Shown in pieces: positions 47,711 to 61,632 of a stretch of DNA of 64,000 nt (position 1 is its first letter; every line of letters starts with the position of its first letter). The stretch lies in NCBI GenBank assembly GCA_038087875.1, contig CM075989.1, forward strand, positions 8,000,001-8,064,000, given 5' to 3'. Below the pieces are notes generated by a model that had not been told where the DNA came from, did not search any database, and worked only from the letters and a program-made list of their open reading frames with translations. Position numbers and translations under genes: made by a program. This DNA comes from Malacoraja senta. Its lineage: Eukaryota.

Positions 47711-50235
47711 ATAGACAATAGACAATAGGTGCAGGAGTAGGCCATTCGGCCCTTCGAGCCAGCACCGCCATTCAATGTGATCATGGCTGATCATCCCCAA
47801 TCAGTACCCCATTCCTGCCTTCTCCTCATATCCCCTGACTCCGCTATTGTTAAGAGCCCTATCTAGTTCTCCCTGGAAAGCATCCAGAGAACCCGCCTCC
47901 ACCGCCTTCTGAGGCAGAGAATTCCACAGACTCACCACTCTCTGTGAGAAAAAGTGTTTCTTCGTCTCCGTTCTAAATGTTATAAAGGCCAACTTCGCTT
48001 TCTTCCTGTACCTGCATGCTTACTTTCATAGACTGATGTACAAGGACCCCCAGATCCCATTGTACTTCCCCTTTTCCCAACCTGACGCCATTTAGATAGT
48101 AATTTGTCTTCCTGTTTTTGCTACCAAAGTGGATAACCTCACATTTATCCGCATTAAACTTCATCTGCCATGCATCTGCCCACTCCCCCAACCTATTCAA
48201 GTCACCCTGCATTCTCATAACATCCTCCTCACAGTTCACACTGCCACCCAGCTTTGTGTCATCAGCAAATTTGCTAATGTTACTTTGAATCCCTTCATCC
48301 AAATCATTGATGTATATTGTAAATAGCTGCGGTCCCAGCACCGAGCCTTGCGATACCCCACTAGTCACTGCCTGCCATTCTGAAAGGGACCCGTTAATCC
48401 CTACGCTTTGTTTCCTGTCTGCCAACCACTTCTCTATCCATGTCAGCACTCTACCCCCAATACCATGTGCCCTAATTTTGCCCACTAATCTCCTAGGTGG
48501 GAGCTTATCAAATGCTTTCTGAAAGTCCAGGTACACTATATCCACTGGCTCTCCCTTGTCCATTTTCCTAGTTACATCTTCAAAAAATTCCAGAAGATTA
48601 GTCAAGCATGATTTCCCATTCGTAAATCCATGCTGACTCGGACCGATCCTGTTACTGCTATCCAAATGTTCGGCTATCTCATCTTTTATAATTGCCTCTA
48701 GCATCTTCCCCACCACCGATGTCAGGCTAACTGGTCTATAATTCCGTTTTCTCTCTCCCGCCTTTCTTAAAAAGTGGGATATTAGCTACCCTCCAATCCA
48801 CAGGAACTGATCCGGAGTCTATAGAACATTGGAAAATTATCACCAATGCGTCCACGATTTCTAGAGCCACTTCCTTATGTACCCTGGGATGCAGACCATC
48901 AGTCCCTGGGGATGTATCAGCCTTCAGTCCCATCAGTCTATCCAACACCATTTTCTGCCTAATGTGGATTTCCTTCAGTTCCTCCGTCACCCCAGATCCT
49001 CTGGCCACTACTATATCAGGAAGATTGTTTGTGTCCTCCTTAGTGAAGACAGATCCAAAGTACCTGTTCAACTCATCTGCCATTTCCTTGTTCCCCATAA
49101 TAAATTCACCTTTTTCAGTCTTCAAGGGTCCAACTTTGGTCTTAACTATTTTTTTCCTCTTCACATACTTAAAGCTTTTACTATCCTGCTTTATAGTCTT
49201 GGCTAGCTTACCTTCGTACCTCATCTTTTCTCTCCGTATTGTCTTTTTGGTTATCTTCTGTTGTTCTTTAAACATTACCCAATTCTCTTGCTTCCCGCTC
49301 ATCTTTGCTACGTTGTACTTCTTCGCTTTAATTTTTATACTGTCCCTGACGTCCCTTGTCAGCCATGGTCGTCCCTTTCTCCCCTTGGAATCTTTCTTCC
49401 TCCTAGGAATGAACTGATCCTGCACCTTCTGTATTATTCCTAGAAACACCTGCCATTTTTGTTCCACTGTCATCCCTGCTAGTGTATCTTTCCAGTCAAC
49501 TTTGGCCAGCTCCTCCCTCATGGCCCCATAGTCCCCTTTATTCAACTGCAACACTGACACCTCTGATCTACTCTTCTCCCTCTCCAATTGTAGATTAAAC
49601 CTGACCATGTTATGGTCACTGCCTCCTAATGGCTCATTAACCTCGAGGTCCTTTATCAAATCCGGTTTATTACATAACACTAAATCCAGAATTGCCTTCT
49701 CCCTGGTAGGCTCCAATACAAGCTGTTCTAAGAATCCATCATGAAGGCACTCTACAAAGTCCCTTTCTTGGGGTCCAGTACCAACTTGATTTTCCCAGTC
49801 TACCTCCATGTTGAAATCTCCCATAACAACCACAGCATTACTTTTGCTACATGCCAATTTTAACTATCTGATTCAACTTGCGCCCTATGTCCAGGCTACT
49901 GTTTGGGGGCCTGTAGATTAGTCCCATTAGGGTCTTTTTACCCTTACAATTCCTTAGTTCTATCCATACTGACTCCACATCTCCTGTTTCAATGTCACCC
50001 CTTGCAAGGGACTGAATTTCATTCCTCACCAACAGAGCAACCCCACCACCTCTGCCCACCTGTCTGTCTTTTCGATAGGAGGTATATCCTTGAATATTCA
50101 GTTCCCAGCCCTGGCCCTCTTGCACCCATGTCTAAGTAATTCCCACAACATCATACTTGCCAGTTTGTAACTGAGCCTCAAGCTCATCCACTTTATTCCT
50201 TATACTTCGCGCATTCATATACAGCACTTTATCCA
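47711..50235 (-). mobile_element. Decayed CR1 LINE (APE + RT; frameshifts, internal deletion)
   Basis: ORF pieces 49847-50125, 48736-49857, 47973-48716 and 47801-47992; (atagaca)n tail. Confidence 0.9.
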
Positions 50236-53200
50236 TGCATTCCAACCTTCAGCTTCTCTCCATCTCTCAGTATCCTACAATTTATTTGCATCACATCCCA
50301 TCTTGTTCCCTGTCCAGTTTAATTTACATTGCAAATTACTTCAACACCATGTACTACACAGGAACCACTAACCATAGAACTCCGATAACCAACGGCCTTG
50401 GGATATAGCCAGACTAGCAGGTTTTACGATGTTATTTCTATAAATACCCAAATAGTTTCACTACACTTTTTCTTTTAATGCTGCACATTCCCACCCCACC
50501 CCTTGCCCCAGTGAATCACGAGTTTAAAGGAACAAGAAATATACAAACACGCTGGATCCCATAATCTTACCCTGGCCGCTGTTCCCTGTTGAGGAGCCCC
50601 CAACCATGGCTCACACCCTGCCCCGATTTCAGACACTGACCCTGGCCGAAATCTCGATTATACTCTGCACCATAGGCTCACGTTACGGACTAATGATGGA
50701 GCCAAACGCTGGGCTATCGGGATTCCTGAACAATCGAATGCTGAATTATTGGAGTTTTGCTGTACTCGCCTAGCAGAAATTGATTTGTGCGACTTGTAGA
50801 TTTAAATCTAACATCCACTGGCTCCATTATCCCCTCACATCAGTTTGCACACATTGTCGTCCCCAATGTGAGCAGTAGCACCAAGAGCACTGAAGTCCCA
50901 CGCTTCACACTCTCTTCAGTGATGGCAATTTGAGCTGTGAGCTCCCTCCAAAGTACCAATGGAGACACGGAGCCTGGTGACATTGACCTCAGGCAAAGAT
51001 ACCACTTCACACAAGAAAGCAAATCTTTTGAAAATAATTTATTGCCTCAGAGCCATACGATAAATTTATCCAAAAATATCATTAAAACCAATTTGATGTC
51101 TTAAATAAATGGGAAAATGTGACAGAACAGTGAATATAGTGGACAATAACGAACTGGTCTGGAATTCCCTTCTAACTAAGAATGATCAAAGCTTCAGAAA
51201 GACTATTGGGTTGAGTATTAGTAAGGGTGTCGCAGATTACGGGGAGAAGGGGGGAGAATGGGGCTGAGAGGGAAAATTGATTCCCTCTATAGATTTGATC
51301 AGCCATGACCAAAGGGCGGAGCAGACTCAATGGTTTGAAAGGCCTAAATCTGCTCCTTTGTCATAATATTAGCAGTAACTGCCTTCATCGTGGTATACAT
51401 TTCATTTTCAATTTGGGTAAAGCAATTGCAACCGTTTGCAAAGGTGTCCTCAAATACAAATCACCTCCCCTTCAGAAGGCACCAGTGGATGCAAGGATGC
51501 AAACTGTGAGAGAACATTCAAGAGGAGAAATAATCACTGCTCTCTGTGAGCCTGCCTTCAGCTATGGATGGATTGAGGACCAAAGCCAGTAGATAGTAGG
51601 AGCAGAAACACTGCTGATGATCATATCATCCACAACCAAACTTGATGTTCCTAGTTTGCAATAGAGAGATGGTTTGAATTTGGACACCTTCCAGGTAGGC
51701 TGATTCAGAAGTGTGCCATTGAGACGAGTGAATTTGTACAGCACTGGGTATAAACAGGGCACAACTCGAGGGAAGATTTGTGACCATTAAAATATGCAAG
51801 GCCAAACACAGTATTAACCAAAAAAAAGACACAAAGTGTTGGAGAACTCAGCAGGTGATGCAGCTCCCCTGGATAACATGGATAAGTGATGTTTTGGATC
51901 AAGACCCTTCTTCAGACTTCAAACAGTATTACCCAAATGTCATTGGATATGGTGATGAACCCACTCATAAACCAGTCTCAAGAAAGGTCCCGGCCCGAAC
52001 ATCACCTATCCATTCCCTCCACAGATGCTGCCTGACCTGCTGGGTTACTCCAGTACTTTGCGTTTTGCTCAGGATTCCAGCATCTGCAGTTCCTTGTGTC
52101 TCTGCGAACCCATTCCGAGAGTTTGTTTGAACTCAATCACTAAAGGCCTTTGTTCTAAACCAGTTCCACTGGCTTTGTAAACCTGCAATTCACTCGAGGA
52201 ACTGGGTAGAGAAAGTAAACACCACTGTCATGGACTCAACAACACGAAATAAAGTGGACTGGGATGGTCACGAAGAACTTGGATAGACTATTCCCAAATG
52301 TGATGACAGGCCAAAGAATTCTACATTCAAAGGAAGTATCGGCCCTGCTCCAACGAACCAAATGAGAATATTCAAATCGGTTCAGAAATGTGGTTGAGGG
52401 ATGAATATTGATCAGGGTATTGGAGAGAATGCAAGTGCTTTTCCTTTGAAAATTGACATGGCCTCTTGTGTTAATCTGAGGGCTCAGCAGAGTCTGAGAT
52501 CGATAACTTGCGTGAAAGGCAGAGCTAGGATTCTCACTGGAGTACAATTTCTTGAGTGGAATAGCAGTGCGATCATCTGACCTTGCAATCTTTGGAAAAC
52601 CACAGATATACACGCGCAAGGTAACAGCACAGAAACCATTAGCATGGATGATTGTTGAAGGCACAGCAGTTCAAAAGGCAATTGAGGTAAATAAGAAACA
52701 AGAAACCCGCAGTGGGCATCAATGGGTTAATTTGCTGCTGGCTGGGGGCAAAAAATGACTGTTTGACCATGGTAGGGTGGCTTTAGAGTTGTAACACAGA
52801 AAGCATGTGAAGTCCTATCCTCCATTTCCGAACCATGAGCAACAGAATGCAATTCCTCAACTATTCTTGAAACAAATTAACATTTTACATAAGTGGAGTG
52901 GGCCGGTTAACTTACTTCTGTTTTCGCCAGATTTTGCCGTTACTTGTGATTCTGCAGGTTAGAGACATGCATGAAGCAGACATTTTGAATAGAACTCCTC
53001 CCTCACATGACGTCATCAATGGGGGATTGATACCACAAACCCTCGGCCCGCCGATGACGTCACAGGGACTAAGAGTCACAAGGCATTCGGCATGGAAACA
53101 GGCCCTTTAGCCCACGTCGACCAGCAAGCAGCCATTAACACGAACACTTATCTCAATTTTTAATTCTCTCCACATTCCCATCAACTCTTCCCAAATGTGG

Positions 53201-53404
53201 CCACTCACCTGCCAATTGATCTACCGGCTTCTCACCACCATCTTTGGGATGTGGGGGATATCCACACTCAGAAGAACAAGCAAACTCCACACAGACGGCA
53301 CCAGAGGTCAGCAATTTTCGACAGGTACATGGATAGGACAGGTTTAGAGGGATATGGATGGGCCAAGCGCAGGCAGGTTGGACTATTATGAGATTTGTGG
53401 TATA

Positions 53405-55310
53405 AGGTATGAGGTTGCTTTGGCAAGTAAGGTGAAAGTAAATCCAAAGGGTTTCAACAGCTATATTAATAGCAAAAGGATAACAAGGAATACAATTGGT
53501 CCATTAGAGAGTCAGAGTGGACAGCTATCTGCAGAGCCAAAAGAGATGAGGGAGATATTGAACAATTTCTTTTCTTCGGTATTCACCAAGGAGAAGGATA
53601 TGGAATTATGTGAGGTAAGGGAAACAAGCAGAGTAGCAATGGAAACTATGAGATTCAAAGAAGAGGAGGTGCGGACACTTTTGAAAAATATGAAAACGGA
53701 TAAGTCTCCAGGTCCTGACAGGATATTCCCTAGGACATTGAGGGAAGTTAGTGTAGAAATAGCAGGGGCTATGACAGAAATATTTCAAATGTCATTAGAA
53801 ACGGGAATAGTGCCGGAGGATTGGCGTACTGCGCATGTTGTTCCGTTGTTTAAAAAGGGTTCTAAGAGTAAACCTAGCAATTATAGACTTGTTAGTTTGA
53901 CGTCAGTGGTGGGCAAATTAATGGAAAGGATACTTAGAGATAATATATATAAGCATCTGGATAAGCAGGGTCTGATTAGGAACAGTCAACATGGATTTGT
54001 GTCTGGAAGGTCATGTTTGACTAATCTTCTTGAATTTTTCGAAGAGGTTACTAGGGAAATTGATGAAGGTAAAGCAGTGGATATTGTCTATATGGACCAG
54101 TAAGGCCTTTGACAAGGTTTCTCATGGAAGGTTGGTTAAGAAGATTCAATTGTTGGGTATTAATGGTGGAGTAGCAAGATGGATTCAACAGTGGCTGAAT
54201 GGGAGATGCCAGAGAGTAATGGTGGATGGCTGTTTGTCAGGTTGGAGGCCGGTGACTAGTGGGGTGCCTCAGGGGTCTGTGTTGGGTCCACTGTTGTTTG
54301 TCATGTACATCAATGATCTGGATGATGGTGTGGAAAATTGGATTAGTAAGTATGCAGATGATACTAAGATAGGTGGTGTTGTGGATAATGAAGTAGATTT
54401 TCAGTCTACAGAGAGATTTAGGCCATTTGGAAGAGTGGGCTGAAAGATGGCAGATGGAGTTTAATGCTGATAAATGTGAGGTGCTACATCTCGGCAGGAC
54501 AAATCAAAATAGGACGTTCATGGTAAATGGTAGCGAATTGAGGAATGCAGTTGAACAGAGGGATCTAGGAATAACTGTGCACAGTTCCCTGAAGGTGGAA
54601 TCTCATGTAGATAGGGTGGTAAAGAAAGCTTTTGGTGTGCTGGCCTTTATAAATCAGAGCATTGAATATAGAAGTTGAGATGTAATGTTAAAATTGTACA
54701 AGGCATTGGTGAGGCCAATTCTGGAGTATGGAGTACAATTTTGGTTGCCTAATTATAGGAAGGATGTCAACAAAATAGAGAGAGTACAGAGGAGATTTAC
54801 TAGAATGTTGCCTGGGTTTCAGCAACTAATTTACAGAGAAAGGTTGAACAAGTTAGGTCTTTATTCTTTGGAGTGCAGAAGGTTAAGAGGGGACTTGATA
54901 GAGGTCTTTAAAATTATGAGCGGGTTAGACAGAGTTGACGTGGATAAGCTTTTCCCATTGAGAGTAGGGAAGATTCAAACAAGGGGACATGACTTGAGAA
55001 TGAAGGGACAGATGTTTAGGGGTAACATTAGGGGGAACTTCTTTACTCAGAGAGTGGTAGCTGTGTGGAATGAGCTTCCAGTGGAAGTGGTGGAGGCAGG
55101 TTCGATTTTATCCTTTAAAAATAGATTGGATGGGTATATGGACGGGAAAGGAATGGAGTGTTATGGTCTGAGTGCAGGTAGATGGGACTAGGGGGAAGTA
55201 ATAAAAATAAAAAATAAAAAAATAAAATAAAATAAAAAAAATAAAAAAGTGTTCGGCACGGACTTGAAGGGCCGAGATGGCCTGTTTCCGTGCTGTAATG
55301 GTTATATGGT
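53405..55310 (+). mobile_element. Decayed CR1 LINE (RT part)
   Basis: ORF pieces 53354-54103, 54030-54443, 54427-54678 and 54685-55191 with CR1 RT motifs. Confidence 0.9.
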
Positions 55311-56881
55311 TATAGTGTAGATGGGACATGTTGGCCGTTGTGGCCAAGTTGGGCCTGTATGACTATAGATCTGGGCCATTGTAGCTATGAGGAAGCCGCT
55401 CTGCTTGCTGTGTCACTGTGGTGCTGGCGAGAAGCCAGTAGATCGAAGGCAAGTGTGTGCAGGTGAGTGGGATTATTTGGGGAGAGCAGATGGGGATGTG
55501 GAGAGAATTAAAACATTGAGATAAGCATTCGTATTAATGGCTGCTTAGTCCATGAACTCCCTGCTGGCATTCCCCATTGCTTGTTATTCCAACTTCTCTA
55601 TCGACAGTCTATCATGGTAATATATTTCTTGCTCTCCTTATTCTCGCCTTGCTCTTGTAGGTCCACGTTGCACCAAAGGCAGGCACGGTGGCGCATCTGC
55701 TGCCTCACAGTGCCAGAGGCGAGGGTTCAATCTTGACCAGGGGTGCTCTCTGTGTAGAGTTTGCACGTTCGCTGTGACCGCATACGTTTCCTCTGGGTGC
55801 TCCGGTTTCCTCCCACATCCCAAAGGTTTGTAGGTTAATTGCACTCTGTAAATTGTCCCTAGCATGGAACGAGTGGATGAGAAAGTGGGATAACATAGAA
55901 CTAGTGTGAACGGGTGATCAATGGTCAGCACGGACTTATTGGGCCGAAGGGTCTGCTTCCATCTTTAAACTACAGTGAACAAAGGAAGAAGGGAGATGAG
56001 AAACTCACATTCTACTCTCATTAACACCCATTTGCAAGACGGGCCATGTGAAGAATAACAAGGCTGCATCATTCGATTAGTAGAGTAACACAGACCAGGA
56101 GAGTTATAACTCATTGCAAGTTCACATCTTGGCTTTTAAGCCGTCGAGGGTGATGCTAGTTTAAACATCAAACTCAATGTCTCAGAACCAGACAGCGAGC
56201 TGGAATGAGGACACAGAGGAGCAAACCCTAGGCTGCACAGGCCTATGCTCTCCAGGGTCACAGCCAGCGTTTGGGAATGGGGACATTTGGCATCAGTGGA
56301 CCAGTACCACAGGTGGGAGTTGGGTGCAGAAATGTTGAAGATAAACATTGCAAGAGGAAGTACAAGAGGATAAATCTTGCTACCCTGTGCTCCGTCTATT
56401 TGCCTCAGGCCTTAACACAGAACACCAGCAACGTTTACCCACCACATAAAAAACTACCCTGGCATAATTTTCCACCCTTAGGCTCAGGATCCACTGGATT
56501 GTGATTGCATTGGGGGGGGGGGAATTTTCATCCAGGCCTCACAATGAACTCAGTGCACAAAACAGCATTCCTCGTAACTCATTCTGGACTCCTCAGTGGC
56601 AGGCTAAATGTTGTGGTAGTGTAGCAAGTTGGAGTTGCGGGGGACTCTCTGTTCAACTTGGACCGAGATAGTCCATCTCAACATTAACCCTGAACTCCTG
56701 CATCCTAACAGCCACATTCTACTGGCGAGAGGGATTAAGCACCAATTTGCTGGGCAGGAGCAAGGCCTGAGAACAGGTGAATCAGAGAGAAAATCAAATC
56801 TCCTCCAACAGGCAAGTGAATTTGAATTTGAATTGCTATAGTTCGTCAGCACCATAAATGTTCATCTCCGCTGGTGAGTCT

Positions 56882-57097
56882 TCATCCTGAGGAGAACGGT
56901 CCCCAGTCATTTAGTTCAGCAGGCCAGTACTGGTCATCCATGTAGTGACTGACTTCAGAGGCTGTGTCAGCCATCGTATGATCGTGTGCCGTCGATAACT
57001 CACTGTGCAGTTGCTGCTCCCACTCAACCTCCACCAGTCGGTACAGCTGCATGGCAGTGCAGGCGTCCTCAACAGAGCAGTGGCCGTCACTGCCAAC
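56882..57097 (-). CDS. AEN: AEN coding exon 3 (71 aa + stop)
   Basis: VGSDGHCSVEDACTAMQLYRLVEVEWEQQ...YMDDQYWPAEL, where the YM-DQYWP tail is characteristic of AEN. Acceptor cctgcgacag|. Confidence 0.92.
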   Translation of the reverse strand, partial: VGSDGHCSVEDACTAMQLYRLVEVEWEQQLHSELSTAHDHTMADTASEVSHYMDDQYWPAELNDWGPFSSG

Positions 57098-57261
57098 CTG
57101 TCGCAGGAGGGAACAAGAGCAAATCAGGGAGGGGGAGGGTATAATGTTTTTCCTGACCATTGCGCTACCCACCGCCAAACTATTCAGCTGTTGCCCACCG
57201 CAGAATTATTAATCCTCTCAAGTGGATAAAACGATCCCACAGCACCATTTCAGAGTGTAGG

Positions 57262-57430
57262 TAGATAAAAATGCTGGAGAAACTCAGCGGGTGAGGCAGC
57301 ATCTATGGAACGAAGGTCTCGACACAAAACGTCACCTATTCCTTCGCTCCATAGACGCTGCTTCACCTGCTGAATTTCAAGCATTTTTATCTACCTTTGA
57401 TTTTTCCAGCATCTGCAGTTCCTTCATAAA
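57262..57430. mobile_element. Fold-back Penelope-derived mini-element in AEN intron
   Basis: 16-bp TSD catttcagagtgtagg. Confidence 0.75.
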
Positions 57431-59204
57431 CATTTCAGAGTGTAGGAGTGTTTAGACCAATGCATACCTCTCACTAACATATGGTCTTAGTTACACTGCG
57501 ATTGTGGGAACTGGCTAGGCACGTTGTTGGCACATTTACCACACTACAAAAGTGACAAAACTTAATTGACTTCAAAATATTTAGGACAACTCAAGAGAAA
57601 AGTAAAATGCTCGATATAAATGCAAACCTCTCTCTCGAGCTGCTGCTTTGGTGAAGACCAACTAACTCGGCATAAATAGGCCCCCTAGTAGTGTGCGCTT
57701 TTCAGTGACAGACTTCTTGGTCAATTTCTGGCATTGTGGCTGAAAACCAGTGATTCTGATGTAACCAAATGGTTTCATCCATTAACCCATATTTACATGT
57801 CAACCTGCATTATAACTCCTTCTGTACTAGAGGGGCAGCTGTTAAAGAGGTTTTGCGGAGGCTGCCACGTCCACATTTTAATACAATCAGCAGGTAAAAC
57901 TCAACCTGTTCAGCATCAACCTGTTGAGTTCAGTTCAGTTTATTGTCACGTGCACCGAGGTACAGTGAAAAGCTTTTTGTTGCGTGCTAATGTTGAGGCC
58001 ACGCCAGCAGAAATGAGGCTGAACCAATGTGTTTACGGAAGTTGGTTCTTCGCAAACAAGCTGATGGCGAAAATTGTAACATTTGGGAACGCAGTGGTAG
58101 AGTTGCTGCCTTACAGCGCCAGAGACCCGGGTTCAATCCTGACTATGGGAGTTGTCTGTATGGAGTTCGTAAGTTCTCCCTGTGACCTTGTGAGTTTTCT
58201 CTGGATGCTCCTGTTGCCTCCCACAGATGTATAGTTTTTTCTTGGAACAGTGGCAGCCGATGGGGGGATTGTTGGGAAATGAATAAAATTAAGGGAGGCT
58301 TAGATGTGGAGGCCAGTCGTAAACATTTCCCCATTCCAAAAGTATCCATAGCCAGAGGGCATAGGCAGAAGACATGGCAAGTAGGAAGTTTAGAAAATAT
58401 GCACATCTTTTTTGTCCTGAGGGAGGATGAAATGCACTGATGAGGAGGGTGGAGGTAGCATTTAAATGGCATCTAGTCAAGAACTTGAACTGCCAGGGAA
58501 TAGCAGGCTACGAACCAAAGGCTCACAAATAAGATGTATATAGATGGGTAGTTTATGGTCAGGATGGGCTGAAGAGCCTCTTTCCACAATGTACAACTCT
58601 ATGACTAACATGTGGCCATTTTTCCCCCCTAGAACTGTATTGATAGTGTCTGCAAAGTGTGCACACCCAAGACTTGAGGGAAACATTGTGGAAACGGGTC
58701 TCCCAGTCCACTGAGTTCATGCCGAACAGCGATCCTTGTACACTCGCACTATCCTAAACACTAGGGACAATTTAACTATTTTTCCAAAGCCAATTAACCT
58801 ACAAACACGTACATATTTGGAGTGTGGGAGGAAACGGGAGTATCCAGAGCAAAACCACGTGGTCACGGAGAGAACATAGACTCCAGACAGCACCAGTAGT
58901 CAGGATCGAACCTAAGTGTCTGTCGCTATAAGGCCTTTTATGGTCAGTCAGGTTGGGCTGAAAGCTAAGTGGTTGTTTTGGGACTAAAATAAGTGGCTGT
59001 TTTTGTCCCCCCCTAGAACATTAATTGAATGTGTCTACAAAGTGCGCACACCCTAGAGATTGAAATTCCAGTGTAATTATAATTTTATAAGTCACGGGAG
59101 GCTTAGAATGATCTCCCATACACTGCAGGCAAACTACCGGGCATGGAACTGAAGAGTTTTCTGAACGATGGGCATCCTGTTAGACGTAGCAAACCATAAT
59201 TCCA

Positions 59205-59685
59205 ATCTTCTTCTTCGCTGCCGTGTGCTGGGGCAGCAGGGCGGAGAACCACGGACGCCAACAGAATCAACAAACTCATCAGGAAGGCTGGCTCTGTCCT
59301 GGGGGCGGGGTTGGATTCACGGGAGGTGGTCTTGGAGGAGAGGATGCTCCTCAAACTGCAGAGCATCATAGACAATACAGCTCACCCCCTCCATGACACA
59401 CTGGTCAACCTGAGGAGCACCTTCAGCAACAGGCTGGTTCCACCATGATGCAGTACAGAATGCCACAGGTCCTTTTTTCCTCTGGCTATCAAACTGTACA
59501 ACTCCTCCCCCTTCTGTCGTGGGGTAGACTGACTCACCCCACCCCCACCCTCCCCAATCTTTGCACAACCCCAATCCTGGACTTTCCATTCGTCACTTTA
59601 AGTTCATGTTTCATGTATCTTGGTGTGTTTTATGACTTTGGTAGACCAATTTCCCTCCTGAGATAAACAAAGTTCGATCGTATCA
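59205..59685 (+). mobile_element. Rex1/Babar-like LINE 3' fragment in AEN intron
   Basis: Closely similar to 44625-45145 in the opposite orientation. Confidence 0.7.
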
Positions 59686-59775
59686 GCCAGTACTGCTGCC
59701 CTCAGCTGGCCAGCTGAATGAGAGCAGCCTTACCGTGACCTCTCCCTTGCAATAAGCCATCAGTCTGCCACTCAC

Positions 59776-59976
59776 CTGTATGGATTGGCGCAGGAGCTGC
59801 TTTGCGAGATTCTTCAGGGACACAGACTCTCTTAATGGAAAACCAGCCACCTTCTTCAGGAATGGCATCTTACTCGTATCTCTCGTTTGAGATCTCGGAT
59901 GAGAATACTTCAGAACTTTAAAGTCATTGTGCAACGCGTGGCCGACCACAACTTTACCTTCAAGGATCTTTATGAT
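59776..59976 (-). CDS. AEN: AEN coding exon 2 (201 nt; GHALHNDF)
   Basis: [35 protein letters not shown]...[15 protein letters not shown]. Acceptor ttttactcag|, donor CAG|GTGAGT. Confidence 0.93.
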
Positions 59977-61632
59977 CTGAGTAAAAGCAGAAATTTAAAA
60001 TGTAACCACCGCAGTTAATTTTCACTCTGATTTATCTTCCCTGTCCAACATCACACACGCTGCCTCGGCAAAGCCACCAGCATAATCAAAGAGGAGTCGT
60101 AACCCGGCCACTCCCTCTTCCCCCCTCTCCTATCAGGCAAAAGGTATAGAAGTGTGAAAACACACACCTCCAGATTCAGGGACAGTTTCTTCCCAGCTGT
60201 TATCAGGCAACTGAACCATCCTACGAACAACTAGATAGCTGTCCTGGACTACCATCTACCTTAATGGAGACTCTCAGACTATCTTTGATCGTACTTTAAT
60301 GGCTTTTTCTTGCACTAAACGTTATTCCCTATTCACGTTATTCTATGTACACCATGGATGGCTTGATTTTCAAAATGCATTGTTTTTCCGCTGACTGGTT
60401 AGCACGCAACAAGAGCTTTTCACTGTACCCTGGTACACATGACAAAAACCTAACAACTCAAACTCACCTCTGCTGTTCCTACATCAACACTGGGACTAAT
60501 CCTGGAACTTCCTACATATCAGCTGAGCTTCATCTGCAGATCAAGTTCAAGGTGCCCACCTATATATAACCAGTTTAACCGTTGTCCCCTCTGGTACAAT
60601 TGTCCCAGGCAGTGTCCAGAGAAGGTTCATCACTAATTCAGTGAAAACTGCAGGTTGGGCATTAAATGCCAGCCGCTTCATCTCAACCATATTCCAACAA
60701 GGAAGATTATTTCCATGCTGGCGTGTTTGCATGGCATTGGTTCCCAGGTGCTTGATTGCTGCATAATATGACAGAAGTGCACGTCCGCATTATCTGCTAA
60801 CTTGCCACCCTGGAGTTTGTGTATTCGAGAGGTCGGGCTTGGCAGTAAGTGCTAGGGCCAGGATTGTGGGCAGGGGTCAGAAACAGGGCTAGGTTTAGGT
60901 ATAAGCTGAAAATCACATTGTTGTTAAATCCATGGAGGGAGGGACTGACTGCTGTAGATAGGCACATGGATAGTAGGGCATGGAGAAATATGGATCATGT
61001 GCAAGCAGATGAGGTTAGTTAATCTTAGCGTTATGTTTGGTTTCGCACATTATGGGGTGGCACGGTGGTGCAGCAGTAGAGTTGCTGCCTTAAAGAGCTG
61101 GAGATCTTGGTTCGATCCTGACGAGTGCTGTCTGTATGGAGTTTGTACGTTTTCCCGCGACCGTGTAGGTTTTCCCCGGGTGCTTTGGTTTCCTCCCACA
61201 ATCCAAAGACTTGCAGTTTTGAAGGTTAGTTGGCTTTGGTAAAGATTATAAATTGTCCCTAGTGTCTAGGATAGTGCTTGTGCACTGTGCTGTATGTCTC
61301 TACAGACATAATAAACTACAGATGCTGGGTTACAAAAAAATATACAGTGCTGGAGTAACTCAGCAGATCAGGCAGCATCTCTGTAGCACATGCATAGGCG
61401 ATATGTCAGGTCCGAAGAAGGGTCCCGACCCAAAACATCACCTGTACATGTTCCCCAAAGATGCTGCCTGAGCTATTCAGTTACTCCAGCTTTTTGTGTC
61501 TATCTTCGGTGTAAACAGCATCTGTAGTTCCTTACTACACTCTCCAGAGATGCTGCCTGACCCGCTTTGTGTAGATTTTGATGTTCTACACTGAGTAAAT
61601 CACGCAGGTGATTCTATTCCCTGCACACTCAC

